A stretch of DNA of 63,761 nucleotides, counting the filler, from Raillietiella orientalis (lineage: Eukaryota), in assembly GCA_036172245.1 (NCBI GenBank). It is 3 parts of 3 records of this genome, joined end to end, with 100 filler letters (N's around TTAATTAATTAA, not from the genome) between each part and the next. Parts side by side here need not be neighbours in the genome. Positions count along the whole stretch, not along the records: positions 47,332 to 63,761 come from JAYWIR010000252.1; 2 more parts are not named here. One strand, 5' to 3'. This document shows positions 62,150 through 63,761 of the stretch, piece by piece (the stretch's first letter is position 1; every line of letters starts with the position of its first letter). Position numbers and translations under genes: made by a program. Under the pieces are notes generated by a model. It was given only the letters and a program-made list of their open reading frames with translations. It was not told the DNA's origin and searched no databases.

Positions 62150-63761
62150 CTTTGTGCCCGCCGGAACGTGTATCTTTTTACCTGGTACCTCGACTCACCT
62201 TGCTGATACAACGAGACAGGTGACGTTCCCGCCTCGTTTCGTTCGGCGAAGGTGCGGCTTCTTTCTATGGGAGGAGATCTGAGGAGCATCAACAGCTGGC
62301 GTCTCATCACAATAGTGAATGCGGACGCCAACTTGCTGGCAAAGGTTTGGGTAGAGCGCCTGGGACGAATTGCAAACGTCTTCACCTTCCCGGAGTAGAC
62401 ATATGCTGTTCCCGGGCGAAGCATGGAGGCGAACATGTTACGCGCCTTTACCTGTCTAGAGTTCGTACATTGAAGGAGCTTGTTTCGCAACCGAAATTCA
62501 AGTGAGTTCGCAGGCAACAGACCGGATTGTCGGTTGGGTAAGAGCTCTTGCGGGCGCAGTCGACCTGCGGAAAGCATTCCATTGCGTGGACCAGAATCAC
62601 GTGCTGGAGCTTCTGGAATGCATGGGCTTTTCGGAATCATTATTGGCCAATCTACGCTACAGCTAAGTCGACGCGATATTCAATTTTGCTTTTGACGGGC
62701 TTACTGTGCACGGCGTGCAGGTGCGGCGTCGGATTCAGCAGGGTGACAGGCTGAGCCGCTTGTTATTCACTACCAGTTTGTGCTGTTATTGAGAGGGTAT
62801 AGGCAAACTCTAGCGCACATTCGGCTCAAGTGTGCCGGTACGCAGGCGGTTTCAGCGTACGCGGACGATTGACTGCTGCTGCTTCCTATGTCCATTTCGG
62901 CATTTGAGGTCTAGGAGTTCCTCGACCTGCAAAGTCAAGGAACCGGGCTTAAGGTGAACAGGGCGAAGTCGTCTGTCATGCCACTCGGTGCGACGTGGGC
63001 AGGGCAGCCGGACTGGGTTTGTTTGATGATCCACAAGGTACGGTACTCCAAGTACCTCGGTTTACCACTGGGGTATCATCTCCCATCGGATGAGTGGTCC
63101 TGCTGCCTTGAGAAGGTAGAGACGGCAATCGGCCCGTTCCAAGGCCGCAGGTTTTTACTGACGGAATCGGACGCGGTGTGGAACACGTTCGCGAACCCCT
63201 TCTCCGTTCCCTACTTTTTGTTGGCCCTTCCATTGCTGAGACCATAAAGCAGACGAAGGACCACCTAAGGATTGCCCCGTGTGGTAGGGGGAGAGCCCGA
63301 GTCCCGCTCGCGAACTTGACCGCTCCGCGTGCGGATGGCTGTCTCGGTCACCTGACGCTGGAGAGCCTGCAGCTCCAGCTCCATTTACTTTTAGTCTCCC
63401 TAGTGGCAAAGTATTGGAGTAGTAGCTGATGCGATCCTGCACGTCTCCTCGTGAAACTGTAGGAGAGCAAGGTGGGAGTCTCATCCTTCCTATCGCTCCG
63501 TTGTCGCCGCCAAGTCGGTCCCTGCGGTTTAAAGCTGCGTAGAGTGGCTGATCCTAAGAGGATGAACGCGGAAAGGCTCTTCTGTTGCCCACTTAACGGA
63601 ACTGGCTGGCTCCAGGAAACCGCTTCCACGTGAGCGAGGAGCAACGAGCGACGCGCCGATCAATATCGCACACAACCGTTTGGGCTCAACTACCACCTCA
63701 CGCTGCGGAAGATCGTGGAGAACCCCCAAAAACGAGCATATAAAAGAAAAACTGTTCGACC
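62150..63761 (+). mobile_element. L1/Tx1-like ORF2 RT, decayed, runs off the window
   Basis: SFRSAKVRLLSMGGDLRSINSWRLITIVNADANLLAK, TYAVPGRS, VDLRKAF, GFSR/QGD region, SAYADD, VNRAKS, SKYLGLPL, LTAPRADGCLGHL. Confidence 0.9.

Noticed and set aside
142..63729. Most of the short ORFs in the supplied six-frame track
   Set aside because: They overlap on both strands, often use non-ATG starts and have no recognisable domains, as expected by chance in ~50% GC DNA or as antisense shadows of pseudogenes.
47332..63761. Bacterial retron, group II intron, DGR, or LTR/DIRS element
   Set aside because: RT motifs plus a C-terminal CCHC zf-RVT and knuckle ORF1 are of non-LTR L1/Tx1 type; no RNase H, integrase, tyrosine recombinase or LTRs seen.

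Overview
Repeat-rich eukaryotic (most likely arthropod) nuclear DNA made of three contigs joined by artificial 100-bp N44-TTAATTAATTAA-N44 linkers (23582-23681, 47232-47331), so adjacency across the gaps is unproven. Contig 1 (1-23581) is a diverged ~12.8-13 kb tandem duplication. Each unit holds ~9.3 kb of unidentified, partly coding-like DNA plus a mitochondrial insertion (NUMT: T-armless trnT, nad1, rrnL, probable trnV, rrnS, AT-rich region); the second NUMT is cut off by the gap. Contig 2 (23682-47231) is bounded by ~3.6 kb inverted repeats that are almost identical over the outer ~2.3 kb. It carries several copies of an unknown helical-protein gene and two decayed Wolbachia/Rickettsiales-like genes (RppH/NudH and a TPR fragment). 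Contig 3 (47332-63761) is a dense cluster of dead L1/Tx1-like non-LTR retrotransposon pieces. Its oddities are the best lead: six ORF2 3' ends share a palindromic TTTATT..AATAAA hairpin with no poly(A) tail, every ORF1 tail meets an opposite-strand ORF2 tail, and no APE endonuclease is recognisable. Almost all ORFs in the supplied track are spurious or pseudogene fragments. All homology calls are by-eye motif recognition, not database searches; many boundaries are approximate.
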